From NCBI GenBank assembly GCA_965644295.1, contig CBFFRP010000058.1, positions 1 through 64,000 of the forward strand: a stretch of 64,000 bases of DNA, read 5' to 3'. Origin of the DNA: Paraphysomonas bandaiensis (Eukaryota > Protista > Chrysophyceae). Below, in pieces: positions 1 through 11,852 of the stretch. The notes below the pieces were generated by a model. That model did not search any database, had not been told where the DNA came from, and saw only the letters and a list, made by a program, of their open reading frames with translations. Position 1 is the first letter of the stretch, and the number at the start of each line of letters is the position of its first letter. The position numbers and the translations under genes are program-made.

Positions 1-657
1 CTCCATCAATATTTGGAAAACCTTCGTAAAGAGATCCTTCCTCCTAAGGATACCTTGATAGAATCGCTGGTGATTCGCTGGATTAACTTTTTCCCAATTT
101 AGAGGCTTCATATAGCGAAGTGCATGCCTCATGGTATCCCCAAACTCACGCTTTGACATGACTTTGGTCTCCTTGGCCATTAGCTTCATGAAATCAGTGG
201 GAGTCATCTTGTAGAAATCTGCTTCAGACACTTCATGGTTATGCATCAGCAAACTTCGTAGTCGCTTTGACAATATCCGTGGAGGTTCTAGTTTGAGGCT
301 GTAAGTGCTCTCCCATTCCATCCACTGAATCAAGAAATTGGAGAAATCCGCTAGGTCAGTAGAGTCTAGGAATATGTGCTTGAAGTCTGGCGGTGGCATG
401 TTGATCACTACCATTCGCTTCTCTTCTGCAGCAGAAACATCTTCAAGGTCTTTCTGGAATCGTGTCTTTCTTGATTGTCTTTCTCTTGCTGAAAAATGCG
501 ATCCATCATCCCTTTCATCATCTTTATCAAGAGTGCGCTCGCCCTCCAAAATACTGAGTCTAGATTCGAGTGCGGCAGATCTATCCGCTTGTAAGTCCAT
601 TTTCACAACCAAAGACTGTAAAAGAGTCTTTATAGTGTCTTCTTCGTCAATTTCCAT
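1..657 (-). CDS. Gag-like protein of the divergent gag family (5' part; runs off the window)
   Basis: I translated this by hand; it is absent from the ORF track because there is no stop inside the window. Open from ATG 657: MEIDEEDTIKTLLQ...EEKRMVVINMPPPDFKHIFLDSTDLADFSNF...MAKETKVMSKREFGDTMRHALRYMKPLNWEKVNPANHQRFYQ. It aligns with ORF 23768-24784 (VARETRVFNCVGFYNELRDALKHIRIMEWKHVNSATFETFYN). Confidence 0.65.
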   Translation of the reverse strand, partial: MEIDEEDTIKTLLQSLVVKMDLQADRSAALESRLSILEGERTLDKDDERDDGSHFSARERQSRKTRFQKDLEDVSAAEEKRMVVINMPPPDFKHIFLDSTDLADFSNFLIQWMEWESTYSLKLEPPRILSKRLRSLLMHNHEVSEADFYKMTPTDFMKLMAKETKVMSKREFGDTMRHALRYMKPLNWEKVNPANHQRFYQGILRRKDLFTKVFQILME

Positions 658-2150
658 TGTTAACAATATTTTCCGGCTTTTAACCCAAGTAAATTTACTG
701 CAATGGAACTCAGGTTGGGACCTGAGAGCCAAACTCTAAATAAGCTAAAACTCGCTTTAAGAGAGAGAATGTTGCTTATTATTAACCTATACTACTTCTG
801 CAGTACTAAATGCTTCTCGGCACCCCAAGAAACTAAAGCACAACTCACCAGCTATGCAGTTCAGTACTAAACAGAAAAGTGACGAGCTACAACAACCAAC
901 AAAGAGAGAACAAGCTTAACTAAAAAGAATGACGATGCGCTTGGGCGTTGACAGCCACACAGTGACTAAATCCAAATTTTCTGCGAAGGAATGACGATAT
1001 TTATGAATATTCTTGGAGAATTCTTCTTCTTCATACTCTACACATTAATGTATGGACTTTGCCGTATACACTCTCAACTGCTGCTCATCTAAACGATAAT
1101 GGGCACTCGACCAATCAGCATTGAGAATAGGGAAAGCATTGGTTCAGTATTCGCTTCCTGTATTTATACAGTGTAGGGTACAGTATACTGATACTGTATA
1201 CCTACGAGTGATATAGACGCATACATACGATAGAGGAATACTGCAAATACATCATATACAGTGTATACGGTATACAGTGCAGTTGCTGAGAGGAGATGCT
1301 GCTCGCTCCTAACTGCCATCTTAATGTGATTGCAGCACACATACCGAACATACTTATAAGCGAGCAGATTATCGTGAAAATTGAACAATATGTCCAGAGA
1401 TGCATTACCATTGTACTCGCTAACGACCACTGCTTCTTCAATTGCCGATATAGAGTACGAGGCGATATAGTATATTGACTGTGCAGCATCAGTACGAGGG
1501 TCCACACAGTGTGATGATCGAATGGAAGGTACCGTAAAATCATGTAATCAGTACGTACAGTCATGACAGGTGATATACAGGTCCTTCTTCCAGACAGAGG
1601 CGGTCTATGGCAACCCTTAGCCACCAGTAATTGGAAATGGATATATGAACCACACAGAGGCATATAATAACGGTAAAGAAGCCGCAGACACATCCACTGA
1701 CTGCAGGAAAAGCACGTATACACTGTTTACGTACTATAGGTGATTGTAGAAGCTACATATGTGCATTTACAGGCCACTGGTTGAATATAGAGCCATGTAC
1801 ACATATATACCATATATTAGGGTAAGGATACAACATATATATATATTCTGTAGAAGGGTCACAACCTATACATATATGTGTGGGTGAAAGAGAGAAACTA
1901 GGTTAGTATGTACGCATATATATGTATACATCCAAACTGTAATAATAATAACTCTTCAAAAGAATTATATATCACAGCCCAGCATATAAAATAGAAGATA
2001 GTGCTGATGATTATAAACCTGCTTTAAACCTGCACAGGTTTACATTTCATCATTATCATTATTTATTATAATCCCTTCTCTGTGTGCTGCTCTCCAGTAT
2101 TTGCTGGTAGACATCTTATACAACTGGGCAGCATGATAAGTAGAACCCGA

Positions 2151-3761
2151 TCAAAGATCATCAATAGGATCTGTGTCTCCCTGGTTCTCTTGTTCTCGCA
2201 CAAGCATTCGCACATCCCCTTTCTCGTTTCCTAGTTTCCTCTGGTACCAAGGAACACTCTCTTTCGGAGTCCTTTGTTGAGGCCAAGGCGAAGTCCTAGT
2301 AGGCATTTCCTTAATTCCAAACCTGGCATTCATAGCTCGAAGTGTCTCTTTAAGAATCTCCTTATCATGAGAAAATTTGCAACTCTTGTCCTTGCACCCA
2401 CCCTCTACATTCATTTCCTTAAAGCATGGACTCTTCTTGTAAACTTCTGTAGCCATCACATCCTCATTCACACTCTTAAGGTCATCATCCTTTGCATCAT
2501 TGTTACTTTCCTTAGTCTGTTTCTCATTCTCATCCGAATCATCTTCTTCCTCCATCATAGCCAATATTGCAGCATTCAATTGAGGCTTTGTTTGGAAATT
2601 AAACCTGCCCTTGAATTGTTGATACTTCTCAGAAAGCTCCCTTGTTACTCTTAGATGTTCGAAAAACTCCTCGAAGAATGATTCCACTGAGTTGAAATTC
2701 TCTGTTCTCAATAATCTCTTACTGGTATCTCTCATACAAGGTGGTATCAAACTCATCCAGACTTCCAGTGACCCACCTCGTTTGGTGGTAGTTAGAGGTA
2801 TACTCAAAGTCAAGTGATTTACTTTTGCTGCATCCACCAAGAAGTCATATCTCTGAATAAACTTAGTTTCGAGAATACATATATCTTCATCAGCTTTCCT
2901 GAAATCCTCCAGTCTCTCCATATTAACCTTGTATGCTTTGCAAGATTTGTACAATATTTTGTTGAATGCCATTACGTCCAAAGGTTTAAATAAACGTTTA
3001 ACTGCCTCAATGATATGTGTGATCCTAGCATCAGTACACTCCAAGTATGTAGGGAATTCTGTTGGATTCATGCGTCGCAGGGTATGACGAACCATGTCCC
3101 TTGCTCGATCTTTAAGCAAACTGTACACTGAAGGCACCGCTCTGTTATAATTCCGTTTTTCATACTCAGCAATCTTCTCCATAAATGTCATGAAGCCGTC
3201 TAAAGTAATTTCCGTCAATTGGATCTTCAAGTATGAATTATCCTGTTGAGTCAATACGACCTGACTAGTCCTGTCTTCGTCGGCCTGCCTTAGCGCTTCT
3301 TGAATAGTCTGTCTCCTAACATTCCTCCTCCTAGGCTGCTCTTCCTCTCTCAATACCTGTGTTGCGTTGAGTACGGCCTGTTGGACTGCGTCCTCGATTC
3401 TGGTCTGAAGTAGATCTGGGTCTATATATTGCTGTTCATGTACTGGTCCTTCAGCTTGTTCTTCTTCCTGTTGAACCTCTTCAATTTGATTCGTTGCCTC
3501 TTCATCAATCTGGGATATACCCCCTCCAAAATCTACTTCCGAATTAGCTGGAGTGGCTTGTCTTGAGGAACGTCGAGACTCCAGCTGCTGCAACCTTTGT
3601 TCGAACATTTCGAAATGAAGATCAATAGACTCAAAGCGTTTGTTCAGCTGCTCTTGCTGTTCAGCATACTGCTGCTGTTGTTGAGCAAACTGTTCATTCT
3701 GTTCAGCAAACCGCTGCTGAAGGAACTCCATAATGTTCGGAACCTCTTCTTCCGAACTCAT
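2151..3761 (-). CDS. Intact Gag-like protein (536 aa from ATG 3761) with N-terminal coiled coil and C-terminal CCCH zinc finger; no pol follows
   Basis: Long open ORF with a Q/E-rich coiled coil and CFKEMNVEGGCKDKSCKFSH. It shares blocks (V.(L/I)T...I.L..(I/L).L and FNSVESFFEEF vs FDSMNEFFEEY) with the LTR-bounded ORF at 23.1-24.8 kb. Confidence 0.65.
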   Translation of the reverse strand: MSSEEEVPNIMEFLQQRFAEQNEQFAQQQQQYAEQQEQLNKRFESIDLHFEMFEQRLQQLESRRSSRQATPANSEVDFGGGISQIDEEATNQIEEVQQEEEQAEGPVHEQQYIDPDLLQTRIEDAVQQAVLNATQVLREEEQPRRRNVRRQTIQEALRQADEDRTSQVVLTQQDNSYLKIQLTEITLDGFMTFMEKIAEYEKRNYNRAVPSVYSLLKDRARDMVRHTLRRMNPTEFPTYLECTDARITHIIEAVKRLFKPLDVMAFNKILYKSCKAYKVNMERLEDFRKADEDICILETKFIQRYDFLVDAAKVNHLTLSIPLTTTKRGGSLEVWMSLIPPCMRDTSKRLLRTENFNSVESFFEEFFEHLRVTRELSEKYQQFKGRFNFQTKPQLNAAILAMMEEEDDSDENEKQTKESNNDAKDDDLKSVNEDVMATEVYKKSPCFKEMNVEGGCKDKSCKFSHDKEILKETLRAMNARFGIKEMPTRTSPWPQQRTPKESVPWYQRKLGNEKGDVRMLVREQENQGDTDPIDDL

Positions 3762-4194
3762 AGTCGACAATAATATAAATAAACAATGTCTCTTTCTATC
3801 CGACTAAAGTATTAATACTGTAATCTTTCTGATGAGAAAGACCGTGTTTACAACGTTTTATATGAATTTAAAGTGCTTCCCAAACCGAGAATACACTGTC
3901 CAGAACACCAAACCGGTGAAACTGCCTCCTAACACAAGCAAACCGCGAGTATAGAATGAATTAAATTACGTTAAAACGTGTAAAGAAAAAGTGAAATCAT
4001 ACAACACTCTATCTTGCTGTGAATCATCTACAGTTTACAGTATCATACTTGTACATATACGGGACTTATATCCCTTCAAGAATACAGTAACCGCAATGTA
4101 TACTAAATAAACTGAAAATGAAAGTACAACAGCATGCTACCTAGAGTACCGCAGTATAACACCGTATAACTCCACGTATAACAGTAACTACAGG

Positions 4195-6170
4195 TATGCG
4201 TGACAGAATACAACCTCCCTCCCCAGCTACGCCACAATTCCGAGCTACCATTGACAAAGTCCAATCACAGCTCCAACTGTACAATGATCACAAATATGCT
4301 TACAAAGCCATCTTCACGGATGGATCCTTCACACGCACACACCTCACCCCTGCTCACCTACTCGGCAACACCCACACACAGCCCAATTCTCACGACGGAG
4401 GAGCTGCAATTGTATGGCTCCCGCCCAAGAACACCTGGGGTCACAGACAAACCAAAATCCTACAACTTACGGCACCACAGCACACAGCGCCTGGCCTCAA
4501 CGCATACACCTACGAAACCCTTGCAATGTCAGCAGCACTGACATTCTCTAATGTACTCCACTCTTCCGTGCCAATTTGGACTGACTGCCAGGCGGTACAG
4601 ACGCGGACCAAAGAGGCCCTCTCACACAGACGGCGCGCCCTCGGAACAAAAAGCCCCAGGGAATATTTTACGAATGCCTCGCCACCACACCTCTTAAACA
4701 GCGTCCAATACAATGGACGCGCTCGCACCCCGAACGTAGAACACAAGATCAAAGCAACTGGACCTACACTGACCACGGCATTTATATAGCTGATGCCGCC
4801 GCCAGCGGCGACTGGAAGACACTCTAGACGAAGTGCTCGGAGCCTCCAACTACAGTGTTAGTTGTCACAACTGACGCTACGCACATACTGGAAGAATTCT
4901 TCACCACGGGTCAATGGCACTGGCGTAGATACGATACACACCTCCTCACAGACCTCGGTCCTATGCTAGGAGACGTTACAGATCTCCACCACCAGTGGGA
5001 CCTCCATCAATACACCCTCCGACGAGATAGCATGTATGCTGCATAAACGCAACGAGACCCGCAGTATTGGACACGCAGCGGAACAAGGCTCCCACACAAG
5101 CTCCATCCCCTCCGTACCCATAATAACTCTCCTCCAAACACTACATCCTCCTCGCAGAGCGTATACGCGAGACGGCATACGTATGGGACAAATCCTTTGC
5201 AATGGGTAGAAACCGAGCCAAAGGAAAATCCGGACATGATCGCACAACGGCTTCCACATGCGCAGACTGTGCACACCCCACAGACAACATATGGCGCACA
5301 TGCTTCTCACCTGCACTCACCCTGACATCATTCACATACGTGAAGATGTCCACCAAGCACACCACAATAAGCTTGACAAACTTCGCACACGCACGCTCCC
5401 CCATCCCTGGTTTTACACCGCCATAACCAAACTAGCCAAAGCCGCATGGAACCCAACCACCCACCAGGTTGAGCGCTACTGGACCGGCCACATATTACTG
5501 CCACACAAATGGCCGACGCATTCGGACGCCACATATCCAGCTCACTGCTCGAACATCAATTCCACGCCCTAGAAAAATCCATCGCCTCTATCCTACTCCC
5601 CCTATATGATGGAGGGCTCCGCATGCTTCGCAATAGGGGACACAGACACCACAACGTAGACACGGCACCACCGGCGACACCGGTCCCGACACACGCAAAG
5701 CAACGCCAGCCCCAGGATACCCACCCGACACCAAAAGTACTCCAGCTACTCCAGGCGACATCCACCCCACGAACTACACTCTCTGCAAGAGCCCAGACCC
5801 GACAGAGGCAAGCGCAACCACTCCGGAAACAACTTCTCCTTACTTGTAGCCGAAACCCCACCTCAACAACCAGCACCATCTCCACCACCGACTTGCACTC
5901 TCATATACATCTCGCCTCACCCACCCCCCACATAATCCATGGCACAGGCCCGCCAGACACATTGCCCAAAGGTAGACCCCCCGACTAACCTCACTACAAG
6001 GGACGGTTGCACCATGGTGCTCGCAGCGATGCACAAGCAGTCCCGAGACGGTTGCCCGCCACTAGTAGTATATATAGCAAATCTAGTTATTAGCTAGTCT
6101 GTCTATAGACATAAACTAGTTTCTGTACGCAACCGTACTCATGTATGTAGTAATCAGACTTTCATATATA
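4195..6170 (+). mobile_element. 5'-truncated, frameshifted non-LTR retrotransposon (subfamily A): RNase H, zinc finger, 3' UTR
   Basis: IFTDGS / YETLA / WTDCQAV RNase H motifs and CADC...H..TC. Nearly identical to the reverse complement of 55906-57845, including the 3' UTR ending in CTTTCATATA. Confidence 0.85.
6000..6044 (+). ncRNA. Conserved structured cis-RNA hairpin in the LINE 3' UTR (other copies at 8315-8360, 49609-49653, 52147-52191, 53292-53335, 56022-56066)
   Basis: Outer stem GGGAYGGTT/AGCAGTCCC, inner stems GTGC/GCAC and TYG/CRA, with compensatory changes between copies. Confidence 0.65.
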
Positions 6171-8210
6171 AAGATTCATCTGATGAAGAAAAATCGGAAC
6201 CATCTAGGGCTAGAGCCGAAACCTGCTGGAGGAGGCAGAGCACGAGAATTATGGCATGAGCAAAATGACACGTGTGTTGCAACGATTTGGGAGGCTTGTG
6301 AACATGACGCTGATGTATTAGAGGTTGCCAATCAATACGTGGAGGCGAAGGCGTTACTTCCAGATGATGATCCCAATAAGGTAGTTTTGTCCAATGAAAT
6401 GCTTCAGACGCTGGTGGATAGGTTTAGGGGGGAGTTGGGAAATGTACTCGAAAAGACTACAGCGGAATACCATAGCTTTAAAATTAGAGCCAATGAAAAG
6501 GTCGCTATTGGTATTGATAGGTTGAATGGGATAATACAGAAATTGACTAAGTTGGGATAACCGCCAACCGAGGAGAGCAAGCTCGCCAAGATCAAAAAGT
6601 CCATACATACTCCAGAGCTGAAGGAGTTGTGGCTAGCTATTGCAATGCTGCCTAAAGCAACGACCACGTATCAGATAGTTAAAGACGCGTGCGAAGAATT
6701 TGATGAGAGGCTATAAACGACAACTTACTGGAGGAGTTCGAAATTGACAAACAAGGAGAACAGGTCAATATGCTCGGACCACAAGGAGGTGTGGAGAATA
6801 TGTCAAATGCTCATTCTGTATGAAAAAGGGGCATACTGCAAGTGTGTGTCGTGTCAAACACAAAAATAAAATTTGCCAGAAGTTCAAGCGAAATGGGAAG
6901 GCTAAAGCGAAGAGTATGAGGAAAGGAGCGCAACAAGTGGGTTCAGAAGCATATACAGGGTGTTTTCATTGTGGTAGCAAAGAACACAAGGCTGCTGAGT
7001 GCAAAAGAGGGAACAAGAGGAAGTTCGATAGAAAATATGAGAAAAAAGGCTCCAAGAAGGTTAAGAAGAGTTCATCAGTGGGGTGGTCCAAATAAGTAGA
7101 TGATGACGTTTCATCTGGAGAGGAGACCAACATGATGATAGATGGTGAAGTACTTCTGACTGAAACTGGAGATGAAAGAGTGTACCTGGATAGTTGTGCT
7201 GGAAAGCAGTTGTTTATCGTCAAGAGGATGATAGAGTGCTGGAGAAGTATGTAGAAGAGCCGGGAGTAATATCACTGACCAAAAAGGGATCGGCGATGGA
7301 GACCCAAGGAGTGGGAAGTTTTCAGCAGTGGCGCGGCATCAAAGTATGTAACGATGCAGTGAAGAATATTGTCTCTGGAGGTATGCTGCGGGCTATGGGG
7401 TATGGACTCGAATTACTGAGAGTACCCAAAATCGTAGAATTGAACACTGGCAGAGAGGTGCTGGTTGGAAATTACGATGAACATGGAGGAATGCCATGAT
7501 GTGTTAAATTTACCTTGCATATCGTCCTGCCATTATGTAATGGGGGGGGAAGCAGTGAAGTGATGCTGTCCGATACAGTTCAGCAGGATCCCCTCGATTT
7601 ACTGCACGAAAGGGCCGGTCATGTTGCTAATAAGGGAAAACTACTGGAGGCTCATAGACATATGCTGATCAAGGGAACAGGGCTACAGCGACATCATTTA
7701 TCTAAGACTGCCAAAAAGAAGTGTGAGACCAGTTTGTGCAAGTGGTGTGCTAAGGCGAAGATCACTAGACATGCATTTCGAGGACAAAGTGACCAGAATG
7801 TGGAGATGAAGGCGACAGCATTTCTGGAGCGTATTACAGTGGATATTTCGGTTTATATGAATTGTCCATCTGTGGAGTGAGGGGTATAAGTACGCACTTG
7901 TATTATTTGTAGATACGGCTATGAAAGAATTCTGGGAATACGGTCTACGAACGAGAACTGGGGATGAAGTGTTAAAATGCGTGAAACATCTCAGGCTACC
8001 AAGATACCCAGGGTGGAACAGGATACAGCAGTACCATGCTGATGGTGGACCAGAGTTGATGATGGACAAAAGCGAATCAAAGAATACGTATTACAAAAAT
8101 TTGGAACCACATTCTCCTACACTACAAGGGAGACACCAGAATTGAACGGTGTTTCAGAACGGAAATTCAGGACACTAGGAGAAATGACATTATCGCTTTT
8201 ATTGTCATCG
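6171..8210 (+). pseudogene. Ty1/Copia gag-protease-integrase fragment
   Basis: Two zinc knuckles (CSFCMKKGHTASVC, CFHCGSKEHKAAEC), protease YLDSCAG, LLHERAGH...CKWC, and integrase VDIS / YHADGG / ELNGVSER, in Copia order. Contains stops and frameshifts. Confidence 0.85.
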
Positions 8211-10690
8211 TATAAAGATCTGATTATTACATGAGAGAACTTGTTGCATTTATCTATCTCTATCTATTACTCTAAGCTAGCGGTAACGCAGATTATGAAA
8301 TGCTCAATTGTCTCGGGACTGCTTGTGCAATTGCTGCAAGCACCTTGGTGCAACCATCCCTTGTTTTAAGTTTAGTCTGGTGGTCGTCCTTTGGGTAGTG
8401 TGTCTGGTGGTCCAGTTCCGTGTGCGGGCCGGGGGGAGGGGGGTGACGTGCCATTCTGTGAAAATGTGTGGCAGCGGGGGTTTTGTGGTCACTAGTTGTG
8501 GTTTGAATTCTGTCGGAAGTGAGTGTCGTCTGCCTCCGGATCGGGTTGGCAAGCCCTCGTTGGGGACGAGGTCTCTTAGGGGGCGCGGCTCGGGGGGTGG
8601 ATGTTACTTTAAGGAGCTGGAGAATCGTCGGGTTGGTGGTGGAGTGTGTGCGGTGTGGTTGTGAGCTGGCGTGAGCCGGGGGTGGTGTCATTGTTGTTGC
8701 ATCGAGTCTGTGAAACCTACAGCCTCTGTTTTTGAGCATGTTTAGTCCTCCATTGTAGAGAGGGAGCAGAATTTTGGTGACTGATTTTTCGAGCTTGTGG
8801 AACTGGTGATCGAGTAGCGAGGTGGAAATGTTGTGGCCGAATACGTTAGCCAGTTGCGAGGCTGTTAGTTGTGTTGGGATCCCAAGCAGCCCTCGCGAGT
8901 CTACGTAGGACATTGTGGAACCAGGGGATGGGTTGTCGTTTCTCGTGGAGTTTGGTAAGCTGAGTTTGTTGTGTGTGGAAGGCGTTTTCACGTATTTGGG
9001 CGATCTCAGGGTGCGGACATTGGAGGAGCATATGTGTGCCATGTTGTCTAAGTTGTGGTCGCAATCTGTACATTTGGCTCCTTGTATGCCTTTGGCTCGA
9101 TTTCTGCCCATCGCGTAGGATTTATCCCACACGTATGCGGTTTTGCGAATGCGGTCGTGGAATGGGACGTAGCATTTGGAAGAGTTATATTGGTTTTGAG
9201 GGAATGGAGTTTGTGTGGAAGCCTGGTGCCGCTGCGTGCCCAGTACTGCGAGTCTCGGCTTGCACTTGTGGGGTACGTGCCGTCCCGCGTAAGGATGTAT
9301 TGGTGGAGGTCCCATTGGTGTTGGAGTTCGGTGACGTCCCCGAGCATGGGTCCGCAGTCGGTGTGGAGGAATTTGTCATATCTTCTCCATTGCCATTGGC
9401 CGGCAGTGAGGAATTCGTCGATGAGATGTGTGATCTCAGTTGTGACCACGCTGTAGTTTGTGCCGCCTAGGATTTTGTCGATCGCCGACCACTCCCCACT
9501 GGCGGCAGCGTCAGCTATGTAAATGCCGTAGTCGTTGTAGTTCCATTCGTTCCGATCTTGTGTTCGGCGTTCTGGATGGGAGCGGACCCATCGGATTGGC
9601 CGCCGTCGATGATTATCTGTGGCGAGGCATTCGTAAAAGATGCCCTGGGGCTTTGTGCCGTGGGCTCGCCGCCGACGGGAGAGAGCTTCTGTGGTTCGTG
9701 ATTGTACTGCTTGGCAGTCGGTGCACATAGGTACGGTGGGGGCTACGAGTTTAGAGAACGTGAGGGCTGCTGACATTGCCAGTGTCTCGTAGGTGTATGG
9801 GGTGAGCCCAGGTAGGGTATGCTCAGGGGCTGTAAGTCGAAGGATTTTGGTTATTCCTGTGCTCCAGTTGGTTTTGGGCGGAAGCCAGACAATTGCTTTC
9901 GGGCTGCGTGTGAGAATCACCTAGTAGGTGAGCAGGAGATAGGTTAGTACGAGTGAAAGAACCATCAGTAAAGATGGCTTGAAAGTCGCGTGGATGATGA
10001 TCGTGCAGTTGGAGCTGGGATTGAACTTTGTCGATGGTTTCTCGGAATTGGGGTGTGGCCGGAGATGGGGGCTGCAGTCGGATTCCGAGCTGTTGTCCCC
10101 ATTGGACCAGGCTGGTGATGTATAGGTCGAGGTTGGGGTGGTTGTGATCGTGACGTTGCAATATGGATATGGCGGCTCGCTTGGGTTCCCCTCCAAGGGT
10201 GATGGCCCTTTGGAGTGTGTGCCACTTTTGGGTCTGGGCACAGGTGAAGAACTTACGCAAGCCAAGTCCTTTGTATTTCGTGGGCAGATAGATGAGGGCT
10301 GTGGGGTAGCCTGGGGGTAGACGGAGGACTTTCCTGGCTGCTCGTGCAAGTAGTTTGTCTATGTCAAGGTATCTGTCGTACGTCCAGGAGGCTTTGGTGG
10401 CTTTGTAGAGTAGTGTCGGGAGTACTTGTGTGTTAAGCACGAAAAGTTTGCAGTCTGGGGATGCGCACTTGTAGCGAAGATATGTTGCAGAGGTGGTGAC
10501 GTAGTAGTCGACACACCAGGCGTGCGAGTCAATGTCTTTTGGGGAGAATGGGAGGAGTACGCCGAGGTATTTGGTGGGGACTGTGGTGGCTCTGATTGGG
10601 ATGGTGTGCGGGGTCCAGTTCCAGTCTCTAATGGTTATGGTGGACTCTGTTTCCAGCATGGCCTCAACTTCAAAGGGAGACATGCATTTT
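8211..10690 (-). mobile_element. Truncated non-LTR retrotransposon (subfamily B): RT C-terminus, RNase H, zinc finger, 3' UTR
   Basis: KYLGV, YLPTKYKGLGL, IFTDGS, CTDCQAV, WVRSH, ADAAA and CTDC...H motifs across ORFs 9823-10683, 9048-9920 and 8293-9315. Conserved 3' hairpin at 8315-8360. Confidence 0.85.
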
Positions 10691-11850
10691 GAAGAGGAGT
10701 ACCGAGGTCTGTTAACGGAATTTCATATAGGCCTCCAACTCTCTTACCCTTTGATAGCAGTATTTCATCTTTATATATCTCAACTGATTGGTTTCCGAAC
10801 AAGATTTTATACCCTAGGTCATCTAATTGGCTGATGGACACGAGTGTCCTTGAAGCATGGTCCACGTGCTTGCACTTGGGGATAATACCAAGTCTTCCAT
10901 GTCCTGAAGAGGTCATAGTTGATCCTGACTTAGCTGTTTGAATGTCGGTGAGGCATTCCTCATAATTGGTGATGTATCCGGCTTCAGGTGTGATGGAGAC
11001 TGTGCAGCCAGAATCAAGGGTCCCCATTCCGGCTTCTTGATCAAAAACGAAGTTCGTTTCGTCGTTTGTTGGATATCCGACTCCTCCGAAGTCTCGTCCT
11101 TTCTGTTGTAGTGGACCACTGTCTTCATAATCTGCAAACTGGTCGGATTCGTCGTTTTCAGTGCTCTGGTGGGTCTGGAATCTAACTTTTTTGAATTTCC
11201 TACTGGTTGATTTGTTTCCAGAGGAATTCTTCATCTGTTGGATTCTTTCCCATGAGTGTTTGCATTCTGAAGCGATGTGTCCTTTTCCATCGCATCGGAA
11301 ACACTTAATGTCTTTGTCAGCTCTCTTGTCATGTTTCGGTTTATTGGAACGGTTTCTGAAAGATGTCCCCTTTTTGCGCTTGGAATTCACTTTATTTCGG
11401 GAAAATGGGGTTTTGAGGCTGCAAGCTGAATACTGTCGGTTTTTGATTCCTCGCTGCTTGACAAGAGCATTCCAACAGACGAGCTTCCTAATCCGCGTAG
11501 TCTGCGTATGAGTGTTTTGTAGTCATCGATAGGGTGCATCTGCAGGTTGATCGCCAGTTCACGATACGTCATATTTTCTTTGGATACCAGGCCTTGGCGA
11601 ATGCGTGATATTATCCGATGACCATAATTAATCAGCTTGTTTCGGAGCTTTTCGACAGCGTCAAGAAAGTTGATTATCGACTGACCTTTTTTGATTTTTA
11701 TGCTCTGAAACTGGCCAATCAGATCGGTGATTACATCGTTAGTCGTTTTTTCTTTGAAGTGGTTGAGCAAGTCCGTCCAGGCGGTTTTAAGTCGACCTGG
11801 GCATGAAACCTGGGAAGTGGATTTGACCAGGTTTTCATATGAAATTAGCG
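10691..11850 (-). pseudogene. Ty1/Copia gag-protease fragment
   Basis: Gag-type helices (FQSIKIKKGQSIINFLDAVEKLRNKL), CFRCDGKGHIASEC knuckle, protease TLDSGCT, LVSISQL, GGLY. Bounded by a LINE on one side and a TIR element on the other. Confidence 0.8.
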
Positions 11851-11852
11851 TA

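Noticed and set aside
1159-2100. Possible LTR of the 2151-3761 gag element
   Set aside because: No matching second copy was found upstream of the ORF (3771-4195 is cut by a LINE), so boundaries cannot be assigned.
6044-6066. Hairpin followed by CTAG, resembling a Helitron 3' end
   Set aside because: Homology between copies continues about 100 bp beyond the CTAG, other subfamilies lack it, and there is no Rep or helicase.
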